From the NCBI GenBank assembly GCA_023252215.1, contig JAHEXG010000003.1, positions 1-60,131 of the forward strand: a stretch of 60,131 nt of DNA. The letters run 5' to 3'. Made by a program: the position numbers and the translations under genes. Numbering within the stretch: position 1 is the stretch's first letter; the number at the start of each line of letters is the position of its first letter. Under the pieces are notes generated by a model. It saw only the letters and a list, made by a program, of their open reading frames with translations. It searched no databases and was not told the DNA's origin. Shown here in pieces: positions 25,912 through 35,537 of this stretch. This stretch comes from Candidatus Altiarchaeales archaeon. GTDB taxonomy: Archaea; Altiarchaeota; Altiarchaeia; IMC4; QMZM01.

Positions 25912-25951
25912 GAAGGGACTATCAGGTACGGCTGCAAATGGGGTGCTTGAG
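25912..25951 (+). pseudogene. Second, divergent copy of the DUF35 gene 3' end
   Basis: GAAGGGACTATCAGGTACGGCTGCAAATGGGGTGCTTGA (EGTIRYGCKWGA*) versus the genuine 25801-25845 (EGTIRYGYKFKLVD*). The three differences in the first 7 codons are all synonymous. Confidence 0.65.
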
Positions 25952-25974
25952 CCTTGGGTAAAATTGGCTAGTTG

Positions 25975-28218
25975 TTAGTCTTCAGCCCGGTTTGGGGCGG
26001 GGTTGTTGGGTATTGTTATTAGTCTGAATTGGTTTATTGAGTTGTTCGGTAAGGCTTTTTCTTCATTCATCTGGTTGCTCATTATGGTTGGTCCACTGCC
26101 TGCCCATGCGTTTATCAGAGCTATTACTTCTTGTAGGGTGGCTTGTCCGGTGCTCCATTTGTTTATGATGGCAACTATCTCTGCTATGGATATGTCTGCG
26201 CATGGTGGATAGTCTCCGACGAGGTTGCATTCTCCTTGTGTGGTTGTGGTGGTTGTGGACGTGGTAGTTGTCGTGTTTATGAGTGTGGTGGTCGTGACTC
26301 CGTATTTGTTGCTTAGCGGCATGTAGTCTATGTTTATCGAATTGAGTTCTAGGGGAACGTCGCAGAATCCGTTTCCGTCTGCGTCTACGCAGGTCTCGGA
26401 GTATCCGGTCCCGTTATAGTTCGCCCAGTAGTTTCCGGCGACCTGGGTTCCCTGTGAGTAGATCCTGGTTCCTGTTTGCATTGTTGTGTTCCAGTCATTT
26501 GATTCGTTTACATCTTGCATTATGGAGTTGCTGTTAGAGTTATTGAAGTAGTTATTGTATATGGTGTTGTCCGCGGAGTCGTAAACCCATATGCCTGTAG
26601 CGTTGTTCCCTGTGATCTTGGAGCCCGTTACGGTGTTTGAGTCGCTTCGGTCTATGACGAAGCCGCTGTCGTTATTGTCTTTTGTTGTTATGTTGTTTAG
26701 CGTGTTGCTGTTGCTACCGGATATGTATATGCCTGAGAAATTGTTTACGTTTGTCGTTATGTTGTTTAATGTGTTGTTGCCGCTGTTGTACACGTATACT
26801 CCTGAGAAATTGTTTGCGTATGTTGTTGCGTTGCTTACCTTGTTGTTGTCGCTGTAGTACAGGTATATCCCCTGTTGTCCGTTGTCGTGTGTTTCTATTC
26901 CGTTCAGGGTGTTGTTGTCGCTGTTGTCGATCAGTACTCCGTGGCTGTCTTGCATGTCGTGTGAGACTGTGCCGGTTATTATGTTGCCTGATGAATTCCA
27001 CAGGTCCAGTCCGAATGATTCGCAGCCTATTGTGGTGAGGTCTCTTACTGTGTTTTCATTGCTTTCTTCTATTACTAATCCGCTGTAGTTTTCGTCTCTT
27101 GTCGTTATGTTGTTTAATGCGTTGTTGCCGCTCTTGTACAGGTATATTCCTGAGAAGTTGTTTCCGTGTGTTGTTGCGTTGTTTACCTTGTTGTTGTCGC
27201 TGTAGTACAGGTATATTCCCTCTTCTCCGTTGTCGTATGAATCTATTCCGTTCAGGGTGTTGTTGTCGCTGTTGCTGAGCACTACTCCGTGGCTGTCTTT
27301 CGTATCGTGTGAGATTACGCCGTATATTGTATTTCCTATCGCATTCAGCAGAGTCAGCCCAAAGGATTTGGTGCCTGTCGTTTTAACGTCTCTTAGGGTG
27401 TTTGTGTCGCTTAGGTATACCATGATCCCGGTGTAATTTTCATCTCTTGTCGTTATGTTGTTCAGCGTGTTGTTGTGGCTGTTGTAGAGATACACGCCTG
27501 AGTCGTTGTTTGAGTATGTTGTTGCGTTGGTTATAATGTTGTTGTCGCTGTAGTACAGGTATACTCCCTCATACACGTTGTTGTATGCCGTTATGTTATC
27601 TAGCGTGTTGTTATCGGAGTCTTCCACTATGAATCCGTGGGAGTTTCCTGTGTTGTCATACGATGACGAGTCCGTTATTGTGGTGTATGAGGCGTTCCAT
27701 AGGTCGAAGCCGAAGGAATTGCAGTTCTTTATTGTGACGTTTTTGATTACGCTTCTTGAGGAGTTCCAGATGATGAAGGCGTAGGACTGCGATCCTGTGA
27801 CCGTTACGTTGTATGCCTTGTTGTTTCTGCCTTCGTATATGCCTAGGCCGTAACCGCCGCTTGAGCTGGATTCCGAGTTCTGGAAGGTATTGTCGTCTCC
27901 GTGTATTGACATTATGCCGTAGTACCAGTCAGTCGTTATGCAGTTTTTGACCATGACTCCTGATACGCCGTTTATTATCACTCCGTAGGTGTCGCTTAGG
28001 TTTAGGCCGTTTATGTGGTGTTGTGCGCAGTTCAGAGTCACGTTATTTGCGAGGATGCTCATACATTCCGTTGCCGGAGAGGCCAGGATGTCCGATGTCA
28101 GGGTATATGTCTCTCCTGTTATGTTGAGGTTTGCGCAGTTGTTTATGTCTATTCCAGCGGCTGCGGCAAAGGTTATTGTCTGCATCAGAAACAAAAGGAT
28201 AAGTGTGTGTTTTCTCAT
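25975..28218 (-). CDS. Secreted right-handed beta-helix (PbH1/NosD-like) surface protein with a poly-Thr linker and a dockerin-like C-terminal module
   Basis: Signal peptide. Dozens of periods of about 22 aa (NNTLNNITT.., SGIYLY..). The TTTTTSTTTTTT linker is followed by DISIAEIVAIINKW / ATLQEVIALINAW. Confidence 0.75.
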   Translation of the reverse strand: MRKHTLILLFLMQTITFAAAAGIDINNCANLNITGETYTLTSDILASPATECMSILANNVTLNCAQHHINGLNLSDTYGVIINGVSGVMVKNCITTDWYYGIMSIHGDDNTFQNSESSSSGGYGLGIYEGRNNKAYNVTVTGSQSYAFIIWNSSRSVIKNVTIKNCNSFGFDLWNASYTTITDSSSYDNTGNSHGFIVEDSDNNTLDNITAYNNVYEGVYLYYSDNNIITNATTYSNNDSGVYLYNSHNNTLNNITTRDENYTGIMVYLSDTNTLRDVKTTGTKSFGLTLLNAIGNTIYGVISHDTKDSHGVVLSNSDNNTLNGIDSYDNGEEGIYLYYSDNNKVNNATTHGNNFSGIYLYKSGNNALNNITTRDENYSGLVIEESNENTVRDLTTIGCESFGLDLWNSSGNIITGTVSHDMQDSHGVLIDNSDNNTLNGIETHDNGQQGIYLYYSDNNKVSNATTYANNFSGVYVYNSGNNTLNNITTNVNNFSGIYISGSNSNTLNNITTKDNNDSGFVIDRSDSNTVTGSKITGNNATGIWVYDSADNTIYNNYFNNSNSNSIMQDVNESNDWNTTMQTGTRIYSQGTQVAGNYWANYNGTGYSETCVDADGNGFCDVPLELNSINIDYMPLSNKYGVTTTTLINTTTTTSTTTTTTQGECNLVGDYPPCADISIAEIVAIINKWSTGQATLQEVIALINAWAGSGPTIMSNQMNEEKALPNNSINQFRLITIPNNPAPNRAED
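26540..27800. repeat. Tandem 348-bp (116-aa) repeats inside the beta-helix gene, at least 3 units
   Basis: Three near-identical shadow ORFs start at 26882, 27230 and 27578, exactly 348 nt apart. The DNA aligns by eye at high identity. Confidence 0.8.
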
Positions 28219-28281
28219 GCTTATATATTCTATAAAAGGGTATAAAAATCGGGCGTAAATAAGAAAGAGGAAAGGAAGAGA

Positions 28282-29448
28282 TTAGAACGTGCATACTTTT
28301 GCTTCCATGCACATCTGGGTTATCTGTCCTATGTCTTCCAGCCAGCGGTCTGTTATCTGGAGTGCTACGTTTTCCAGTTCTTTGTCGCCCAGTACTTCTA
28401 CCGAGGCCATGAGTGGCTGGTCTATGGGTTTTCCTATCTGTGAGAGGAGCCGTACGTGGACCTGTTCTGCGCCTTCCCCGGCTATTTCTTCCGCTATTTC
28501 CTTGGAGAGCAGGTTGTATATCTTTCCTACGTGGTTTATGGGGTTTTTTCCCGATGTTGCCTCCAGCGACATGGGCCTGTAAGGCGTTATGAGTCCGTTG
28601 GCTCTGTTTCCTCTGCCTACGGATCCGTCGTCTCCTCCTTCTGCCGAGAGCCCGGTCATGGTCAGGTAGACTGAGCCGTCTTTGTAGTCGTCTGCAGTGT
28701 TTATGTATATGTCCACTTCTTTGTCTGTGAGTTTGGAGGCGTGGTCGAGTAGTTTGTCGTTTAGTTCCTCTATTGTGGATATGTAGTCGTCGAGGTCTTT
28801 TACGTATTTGGATACTATGGCGCAGGCTACTGTCAGGGTTATTTTGTCTTTGTTTCGCACTCCCATGACTTTTACGTCTTCGCCGGTCTCTTTCATGCCT
28901 AAGCCGTTGTTTATGTATTGTTCGGTCTTGAGTACCAGTTGCTCTGTTATCGAGAGGGGGGCGTATCCTACGCCGAAGCTGGTATCATTGGATTTTGGGA
29001 CTCCTTTTTGTTCGAATACGTGCTGCAGGTCTGCTGAGCCGCGGCCTATTTTTTGGTCTATTTTTACGTAGGAGTCGACGTCCAGGTTCTTGAAGTTCTG
29101 TTTTAGGTATTCTTTGGCGGCTTTTACCGCTATCATGCCTGTGGGTATTTTTTCGTTTCCCACGTTGGCTGTGGCTCTTCCGCTTAGGAGTATGTATATG
29201 GGCTCTACGTAGTCTCCTCCGCCGTATCTTGGATGAGCTTCTCCGCCTACGAGCTCTACCTGGTCTGTATTGTGGTGCAGGACGTGGCCGTATCTTTTTA
29301 CGTATTCCTTGGAGAGGGCTCTACTGACGGCTTCGGCGAGTCCGTCGCATATGGAGTCCGGGTGCCCTATTCCTTTACGTTCCACGAGTTCGACGTTCTG
29401 CTTGTGGACCGCGGTTATCCTGGGAAAATCCACTACTATGTTTCTCAT
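28282..29448 (-). CDS. metK: S-adenosylmethionine synthetase, archaeal type
   Basis: 388 aa. ERKGIGHPDSICDG...GLSAEGGDDGSVGRGNR is typical of archaeal MAT. Confidence 0.9.
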   Translation of the reverse strand: MRNIVVDFPRITAVHKQNVELVERKGIGHPDSICDGLAEAVSRALSKEYVKRYGHVLHHNTDQVELVGGEAHPRYGGGDYVEPIYILLSGRATANVGNEKIPTGMIAVKAAKEYLKQNFKNLDVDSYVKIDQKIGRGSADLQHVFEQKGVPKSNDTSFGVGYAPLSITEQLVLKTEQYINNGLGMKETGEDVKVMGVRNKDKITLTVACAIVSKYVKDLDDYISTIEELNDKLLDHASKLTDKEVDIYINTADDYKDGSVYLTMTGLSAEGGDDGSVGRGNRANGLITPYRPMSLEATSGKNPINHVGKIYNLLSKEIAEEIAGEGAEQVHVRLLSQIGKPIDQPLMASVEVLGDKELENVALQITDRWLEDIGQITQMCMEAKVCTF

Positions 29449-29519
29449 CTTGAATCCTAATTATTTAGGATTAAAGTATATAATTTAGAAAAAAAATAGG
29501 GCAATAGCCCAGAAGGTCT

Positions 29520-30476
29520 TTAATCCTTGTTCTTCGAGTCCTGTATGCCGTTCCCGGTCACCTCGAACACGCATTCTCCTTCCGGCAGGCTGGGCGAGTC
29601 TACGAGTTTTGCAACCCTTTTGTCCCCCTTGCTCTTTCTCAGGTATAGTCTGAACGTGGACGTATGGCCTACTATGTGCCCTCCTACCGGCGCAGTGGGG
29701 TCTGCGAAGAATGTGTCGGGCTTGCTCATTACCTGGTTTGTTACGACAATGGTTATATTGTGCGCATCCGCGAGCTTTCTTTGCAGGAGGTGCATGTGCT
29801 TGTTTATTTTTTGCTGGCGATCTGCAAGCGTTCCTCTGCCGGTGTATTCTGCGCGGAAATGCGACATCAGGGAGTCTACTACTACAAGTCCTATGTTGTA
29901 TTCTTCCGCGATCTCGGCAGCCTTTTCTGCGAGAAGCATCTGGTGGTCCGAGTTGTAGGCTCTTGCGATGTGTATGTTCTTTAGGACTACGTTCGGGTCG
30001 AGTTTGAGCGCTTTTGCCATTGACATTAATCTTTCAGGCCTAAAAGTGTTCTCTGTGTCTATGTATATGGCGTTCCTTCCCAGTCCGCCTTCATCCTCCG
30101 GGAGCTGCACGTTCACCGAAAGCTGGTGTGCAAGCTGCGTCTTCCCGGAACCGAACTGCCCGTATAATTCGGTTATGGCCTGTGTCTCTATTCCCCCGCC
30201 CATGAGCTTGTCCAGTTCCTCGCTTCCTGTCGTTATTTTTCCGATGAGCTCTCTTTTCTTGAGCGCTTCAATGCCTGTTTCGAAACCCATTTCCGGGGTG
30301 TTCTTGATGCCTTCTTTTGCAGCTTTTATGATCTTTACGACTGACGCTTCCCCCAATCCTATGTCTTTTAGCTCCGATACGCTGGCCGCGGCTATTGCTT
30401 CCATGCTGTCGAATCCCGCTTCTCTCAGTTTCTCGGCTACTTTTTCTCCTACTCCCGGCAGATCTTCTATTTCCAT
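29520..30476 (-). CDS. radA: DNA repair and recombination protein RadA
   Basis: HhH N-terminus ([12 protein letters not shown]), Walker [10 protein letters not shown], Walker B LVVVDS. Confidence 0.95.
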   Translation of the reverse strand: MEIEDLPGVGEKVAEKLREAGFDSMEAIAAASVSELKDIGLGEASVVKIIKAAKEGIKNTPEMGFETGIEALKKRELIGKITTGSEELDKLMGGGIETQAITELYGQFGSGKTQLAHQLSVNVQLPEDEGGLGRNAIYIDTENTFRPERLMSMAKALKLDPNVVLKNIHIARAYNSDHQMLLAEKAAEIAEEYNIGLVVVDSLMSHFRAEYTGRGTLADRQQKINKHMHLLQRKLADAHNITIVVTNQVMSKPDTFFADPTAPVGGHIVGHTSTFRLYLRKSKGDKRVAKLVDSPSLPEGECVFEVTGNGIQDSKNKD

Positions 30477-30561
30477 TTTATCTTTTTGTTTCTTGGTATG
30501 ACTTTCCTAATTAATTGGGAACGGGGTATAAATATACAATAGGAGAGAGTGCGCTGGAAAA

Positions 30562-31497
30562 ATGATCTGTCATTCGTGCGGGAAAAAAACGGTTCAGATA
30601 GGATTGTGCTTAGAGTGCTTCCTGAAAAAACACCCTATATTAATAGAAGACATCGCCGTCAAAGTGTGCCGATGCGGCCGATTCTGGAGGAAAGCTTTAT
30701 GGGAGAAGGACTTGGAGAAATTCCTTGGAAAAATGATCTTTGAGAATCTCGTAGTTGATCCTGAGATTAAGATAACCGGTATAGTTGTCGACCCTGTTTT
30801 CGAGGAGAGGAAGATAAAGGCAAAGGTGGTCCTAAAAGGAACATACAGGGGCTTGGAATTTGAAAGGGAGATGTCTAAGGAGATAAGAAAAGAGCCGGTA
30901 AGTTGTCCCGTGTGCAGCCGGGTCTCTTCCAGCTACTATGAGGCTGTGGTGCAGTTTCGCATTCCCGTGGACGCCAGAAAGACGCTTGACGGGGAATACG
31001 TTACCCGTACCGAAAAAGTCGCCGGAGGATTCGACGCATATGTGACGAATGCGCCCTATGCCCGTAAGCTGGGATCACAATTTGCCCGGAAAGGTTATAT
31101 AGTGATGCACTCCAAGCAGATTGCCGGTATGAAGGACGGCGTAGAGATGTGCCGTGAATTCGTAGCTATTAAGTCTCCGGGGGTGGAGGTCGGCGACTTT
31201 ATAAGATATAAGGATAAGTTCCTGCAGATAATGGAATTCGGAAGGACTATTCGCACAAAAGACGTTTCACAGCGAAAGACTCAGATGATTCCTCCGAACC
31301 GTATAGAGAAATCAGAGGTGGTGGCAAGGAAAAGCGATGTAAGAAAGGCGATGGTTTCGTCTGTGTCCCCCTCCGTGACGCAGTTCATGGACCAGGATAC
31401 GTTCTCTACGTTTGAACTGCCTAACAAGTATCCGGAGCTGAAGGAAAAGGATATTGTAAGCTATGTGAAGATTGGAAAAGACGTGTATATTCTATAA
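30562..31497 (+). CDS. NMD3-family ribosome biogenesis protein
   Basis: N-terminal Cys clusters MICHSCGK...CLEC...CRCG...CPVC. Size is typical of archaeal NMD3. Confidence 0.65.
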   Translation: MICHSCGKKTVQIGLCLECFLKKHPILIEDIAVKVCRCGRFWRKALWEKDLEKFLGKMIFENLVVDPEIKITGIVVDPVFEERKIKAKVVLKGTYRGLEFEREMSKEIRKEPVSCPVCSRVSSSYYEAVVQFRIPVDARKTLDGEYVTRTEKVAGGFDAYVTNAPYARKLGSQFARKGYIVMHSKQIAGMKDGVEMCREFVAIKSPGVEVGDFIRYKDKFLQIMEFGRTIRTKDVSQRKTQMIPPNRIEKSEVVARKSDVRKAMVSSVSPSVTQFMDQDTFSTFELPNKYPELKEKDIVSYVKIGKDVYIL

Positions 31498-31530
31498 TTA
31501 TCTACTTTATATAATTATCTATCCGCAGCA

Positions 31531-32868
31531 TTACTTTAATTCTTTTATCGCTCTTTCTACCTGCTCTACCGCCGTGCCTATGTAGTTCTTGGGGTTAAGG
31601 GCCGCATCTATCTCTTTTACATTCAGGTATTTTCCTATGTCTTTGTTTTTCACTAGTAGGTCCCTGAAAGATTTTTCTTTGTCGTGGGACTCCATGGCTA
31701 TCGTACGCAGTAATTCGTGGGCGACCTGTCTGCCCATGCCTTTTTCTACGAGCTTGATCATCAGGTTCTCCGCCATTATCTTTCCGCCTGACAGGTTCAG
31801 GTTACGCTCGATGGCTTTATAGTCAAAGACCAGGTCGTTTATGAGGTCTATGCTGACGTTTAGTATGTAGTCCGTCAAAATGCAGGCTTCCGGGAAGATT
31901 ATCCTCTCCGGGCTGCTGTTTGTCAGGTCGCGTTCATGCCAGAGGGGTATATTGTCCAGTGATACGATGGCGTTGGCCTTTATCACCCTGGACAGGCCGC
32001 AGACCCTTTCCGCGTATATGGGATTCCTCTTGTGCGGCATAGTGGATGATCCGACTTGTTTTTCGCGGAAGCCCTCTGACACTTCGCCGATTTCGGTTCT
32101 CTGGAGGTTGCGTATCTCGGTTGCTATCTTGTTCAGGGTCTCGGCGATTAGTGCAAGGTCGAGCATGTATTCTGCGTGGCGGTCTCTTTGTATTACCTGG
32201 TTGCTGACCAAGACCGAGCCTAGGCCCAGGTCTTTCATGACAAGTTCCTGTATCTTCATTCCTTTGTCTGCGAATGCGGCCTGCGTGCCGACCGCGCCGG
32301 TCATCTGTCCCACTAGAAGCCTTTTCTTGCATTCGTTGATGCGGTCGACGTGTCTCTGCACCTCGCAGGCGTATATGGCGAATTTTAGGCCGTAGGTCGT
32401 GGGGATAGAGTGCTGCGCATGCGTCCTGCCTATGCAGACTGTTTTCTTGTGGTCTTCCGCCTGCTTTAGCAGCGCCTTCTTCAATTTATCAAGGTCCTGG
32501 AGCAGGAGTGCCGTATACTCTTTGAATTGCAGGGCCAGGGCGGTATCAGTTATGTCGTTGCTGGTAGCCCCGAGGTGAACGTATTTTCCGGCCTCGTCTC
32601 CGCACTGCTCTGAAAGCGCTCTCACGACTGCCATAACGTCATGATGTATCTCGGATTCTATCTCCTTTACACGCGCTACTTTGACGTATTTGGCGCTGGC
32701 CTTCGCACTGATCGTGTCTGCGTCCTTTTTCGGGATGTTCCCGACGGCGGCCTGGGCTCTCGATAGCGCGGCTTCGACGTCCAGCGCCTTTTGCAGTTTG
32801 TTCTCTTCCTCAAAGATCTTCCTGACTTCCTTCCTGCCGTAGCGGTCCTCTAGGGGGTGAACAGACAT
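31531..32868 (-). CDS. purB: Adenylosuccinate lyase
   Basis: 445 aa. GATSNDITDTA and GSSTMPHKRNP signature motifs. Confidence 0.9.
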   Translation of the reverse strand: MSVHPLEDRYGRKEVRKIFEEENKLQKALDVEAALSRAQAAVGNIPKKDADTISAKASAKYVKVARVKEIESEIHHDVMAVVRALSEQCGDEAGKYVHLGATSNDITDTALALQFKEYTALLLQDLDKLKKALLKQAEDHKKTVCIGRTHAQHSIPTTYGLKFAIYACEVQRHVDRINECKKRLLVGQMTGAVGTQAAFADKGMKIQELVMKDLGLGSVLVSNQVIQRDRHAEYMLDLALIAETLNKIATEIRNLQRTEIGEVSEGFREKQVGSSTMPHKRNPIYAERVCGLSRVIKANAIVSLDNIPLWHERDLTNSSPERIIFPEACILTDYILNVSIDLINDLVFDYKAIERNLNLSGGKIMAENLMIKLVEKGMGRQVAHELLRTIAMESHDKEKSFRDLLVKNKDIGKYLNVKEIDAALNPKNYIGTAVEQVERAIKELK

Positions 32869-32919
32869 TTTATATCAACCGATAATTTCTTTGGTTTGAT
32901 AGAATAAGAAATACATGTA

Positions 32920-33333
32920 TTACTGTAGTTTATGCTTTATCATAGTCCTAAGCTTATGTATCACGGAGTCCAAAGTTTTTTCCTTTCTTGTTACGTAGTC
33001 TTTCTGGACGAAGAAGCCGTCGTACGCTATCCTGTTCCTCAGGGTTCTCAGATCTTCTATGGCGCTTATTTCGTACTCTGTGAATTCCTTATAGTTTTTC
33101 GACAGGTATTCGATCGTCTTCTTATGGGCTCCTTCGCCGTAGGTCTTGTATCCGTCAAGTAGCAGGACTGCGGATATTAGTTCTCTTATGACGTCGTAAT
33201 ATTCTTTTGCCGCGTTGGATGGAAATCTCTCCAAGTCGATGGTTTGGATCATCTCCAGGGTGGTCTCAGCCATCTTAAGTATTGACTTTGCTTTTTCCTT
33301 GTCTGGTGACGTCTTTATGAACTGGTCGTCCAT
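32920..33333 (-). CDS. HEPN-domain protein (partner of the upstream nucleotidyltransferase)
   Basis: All-alpha protein. RTLRNRIAYDG lies at the position of the Rx4-6H motif, but no His is present. Starts 1 nt after the NTase stop. Confidence 0.6.
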   Translation of the reverse strand: MDDQFIKTSPDKEKAKSILKMAETTLEMIQTIDLERFPSNAAKEYYDVIRELISAVLLLDGYKTYGEGAHKKTIEYLSKNYKEFTEYEISAIEDLRTLRNRIAYDGFFVQKDYVTRKEKTLDSVIHKLRTMIKHKLQ

Positions 33334-33334
33334 T

Positions 33335-33871
33335 TCAGTAAGCTTTCAGGTAGCCTTTTAGTATTGCTCCGTTTACTATGTTGTTTTTCAGTTCAGGGCT
33401 CAATTCTTGGAAATCCGCGTTAAAAAATAGGCTTATCTTCCGGCCCAGTTTCTTCTCGAACCTGGATAGGTCTGTTTTCTGTTCCTTTGTTTCAATGAAG
33501 ATGTCTATGTCGCTCTCTTTCACGTCTTCCCCTCTGGACGCGGAGCCAAACAAAACTATGCACTCCGGAGAAAATTCGTCGTATAAGACGTTTACGATGC
33601 CTGCTTCATGCAGAGATGCCAACAGGTCAAGTTTCTTGTAAAGTCTGAAGAACTCATTATCGCGGTTTGCGTGATAAACGGGGTAATTGTGCGCCCTATG
33701 CGGTTCTTTTACGATAAGGCCTTCCTTGATCAATTCGCCAAGGTATATCCCGACAGACTTGGGGGCAAGCTTTGTTAGCCTTCCGATCTCCCTGAGATGG
33801 AAGCCTCCTTTCGGGAGCGGGTCGTCGAAGAAAACCTTCAAGACTCTGTATTTGTTATAATTTTTCCACAT
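33335..33871 (-). CDS. wHTH + nucleotidyltransferase-domain protein
   Basis: IVLFGSASRGEDVKESDIDIFIE (GS..DxD), with an N-terminal winged-helix region. Confidence 0.7.
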   Translation of the reverse strand: MWKNYNKYRVLKVFFDDPLPKGGFHLREIGRLTKLAPKSVGIYLGELIKEGLIVKEPHRAHNYPVYHANRDNEFFRLYKKLDLLASLHEAGIVNVLYDEFSPECIVLFGSASRGEDVKESDIDIFIETKEQKTDLSRFEKKLGRKISLFFNADFQELSPELKNNIVNGAILKGYLKAY

Positions 33872-33920
33872 ATGTAATAAAATTATAACATTTGTGATAT
33901 AAATATAACAGTTGCATCCT

Positions 33921-34301
33921 TTATCTCTTTTTCTTCGGCTTCATGGCATACGGGATGTCTATGTAGTAGACTCCTTCTTCTGCCCTGACCACTATGGGTT
34001 TTCCGCTCATAAGGGAGGCGATATCAAGCGTGAATTTGCCTTCTTCGACCCGGATCATGTTCTCTATGTCCAGGCGGATCGTGCCTTTGCCTGCCATGCG
34101 GTCGCCGAATTCCTTGTCCAGCCATTGGATGTCGGATTCTTTGATTTTTTTGGTCCTGAGTTCTTTGACTGCTTCCTCTGACGTGCGGCCTGGTTTGTCT
34201 CTTAGAAAAAGGAACAGCCTGGAGCCGCAGGGGCATCCCTGTAAGAGTTCTTTTGCGTTGCTGTCGTATATCCTCTCGCAGCGGGCGCATTTATGGGGCA
34301 T
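33921..34301 (-). CDS. Zn-ribbon protein (COG3364 type)
   Basis: HKCARCERIY...GCPCGSR. Last gene of the conserved GTPase-DUF2073-Zn-ribbon trio. Confidence 0.6.
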   Translation of the reverse strand: MPHKCARCERIYDSNAKELLQGCPCGSRLFLFLRDKPGRTSEEAVKELRTKKIKESDIQWLDKEFGDRMAGKGTIRLDIENMIRVEEGKFTLDIASLMSGKPIVVRAEEGVYYIDIPYAMKPKKKR

Positions 34302-34310
34302 CTTGTTTTA

Positions 34311-34712
34311 TTATTCTTCGGAGTTTTTTTCAGAGTCTGACTGTTTTTTCTCGGCTAGTACCGATATGCGTTTGGGCTCCTTCTTTATCTGCTTTATCAG
34401 TTTCGAGGGCCCGATGACGGTCAGGCCGCCGGTCTTTCCGCCGAGGAGCTTTATTATCGTCTCCCTGATCCCGTTTTCCTGTTTTTCTCTCAGGGTGGAG
34501 ACCTCTATTCCCGAGAACTTTTCGGAGATGTTCCTCATGGTGGCCTCGATGAGCTTTGCTTCGTCTGTGGATGAGAGGCTTTCTTCCATGACAAGTATCT
34601 TGTTGTCTTTTATCTTGTCAAGGATGTATTGCATTTTCTCCTCTCCTTTGAATTCTTCGAGTATGTCGGATGATATAAACTCCAGTTCTATGTTTATGGA
34701 TGGATTTTTCAT
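34311..34712 (-). CDS. DUF2073-like protein
   Basis: Assigned from position between the GTPase and the Zn-ribbon protein and from its size. No motif could be verified. Confidence 0.45.
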   Translation of the reverse strand: MKNPSINIELEFISSDILEEFKGEEKMQYILDKIKDNKILVMEESLSSTDEAKLIEATMRNISEKFSGIEVSTLREKQENGIRETIIKLLGGKTGGLTVIGPSKLIKQIKKEPKRISVLAEKKQSDSEKNSEE

Positions 34713-34724
34713 TTTGGGAGAAAA

Positions 34725-35348
34725 CTATTTAGAGTGTTTTGCTATGGCGTTGTAAAGGTCTTCGATGTTCGACCCCGTAAGCCCGGATATCCTCACAATG
34801 GGGTGCTGCGGGAATGCCTCCTCAATCCACTTGGCGTTGGAATCCGGAAGGTCTATCTTGTTTGCGACAATGATTATGGGAATATTCCTTGCCTCAAGAT
34901 TCCCAAGTATGGTAATATTAACCTGCGTATACGGATCCTTGGTAGAATCCATGATCACAAGCGCAGTATCAACGTTCTCCAGCCACTTGATGGCTTCTAT
35001 TACGCCCTTGGTCGCTTCCTTTGCCCGCTGCTTTGCGTCTTCGGCTGAGAAGCCGTACTGGAGGAACTCTTCAAAATCGATCTTCGTAGAAATCCCCGGC
35101 ATGTCCAGGAGGTTCATGACTATCTTTCTCCCGCCTACTTTGACAATCACTCTCTCTTTCTTCTGCACTTCGCGGGTCTCGTGAGGAACCTCGGAAACAG
35201 TGCCGACCGGCTCCCCAGTCCAGTCGATGGATATCTTGTTTGCAAGAGTCGTCTTCCCCGCGTTAGGCGGTCCGTATAATCCAAGCCTTATTATCTTTTT
35301 CTTGCCAAAGAATCCTTTGAACCAGCCCAACAATTTCCTGAATGGCAC
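34725..35348 (-). CDS. Small GTP-binding protein
   Basis: G1 GPPNAGKTT, G3 DMPG, G4 NKID. Confidence 0.8.
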   Translation of the reverse strand: MPFRKLLGWFKGFFGKKKIIRLGLYGPPNAGKTTLANKISIDWTGEPVGTVSEVPHETREVQKKERVIVKVGGRKIVMNLLDMPGISTKIDFEEFLQYGFSAEDAKQRAKEATKGVIEAIKWLENVDTALVIMDSTKDPYTQVNITILGNLEARNIPIIIVANKIDLPDSNAKWIEEAFPQHPIVRISGLTGSNIEDLYNAIAKHSK

Positions 35349-35537
35349 TATGAATCACCTGAACAGTCTATGGAATACTATTGATTTTTAAGCCTAAAAT
35401 ATAAGTTAATAGATGTTTACATTATAGTGTATACGGCTATATAATAAACATTTTTATCCCCGCAAATGAGCCCAAAGGGCTCATGGAGATGTGCGCCTTC
35501 TGAGTGCGTGAATCCGCGAAAAGGGGAGGTGAATTCT

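Noticed and set aside
30555-30738. 14-nt exact repeat TGGAAAAATGATCT at the NMD3 start and 170 nt downstream inside the gene.
   Set aside because: It is a single short repeat inside an intact conserved gene with no associated structure or insert. It is most simply coincidence or an internal Met context.
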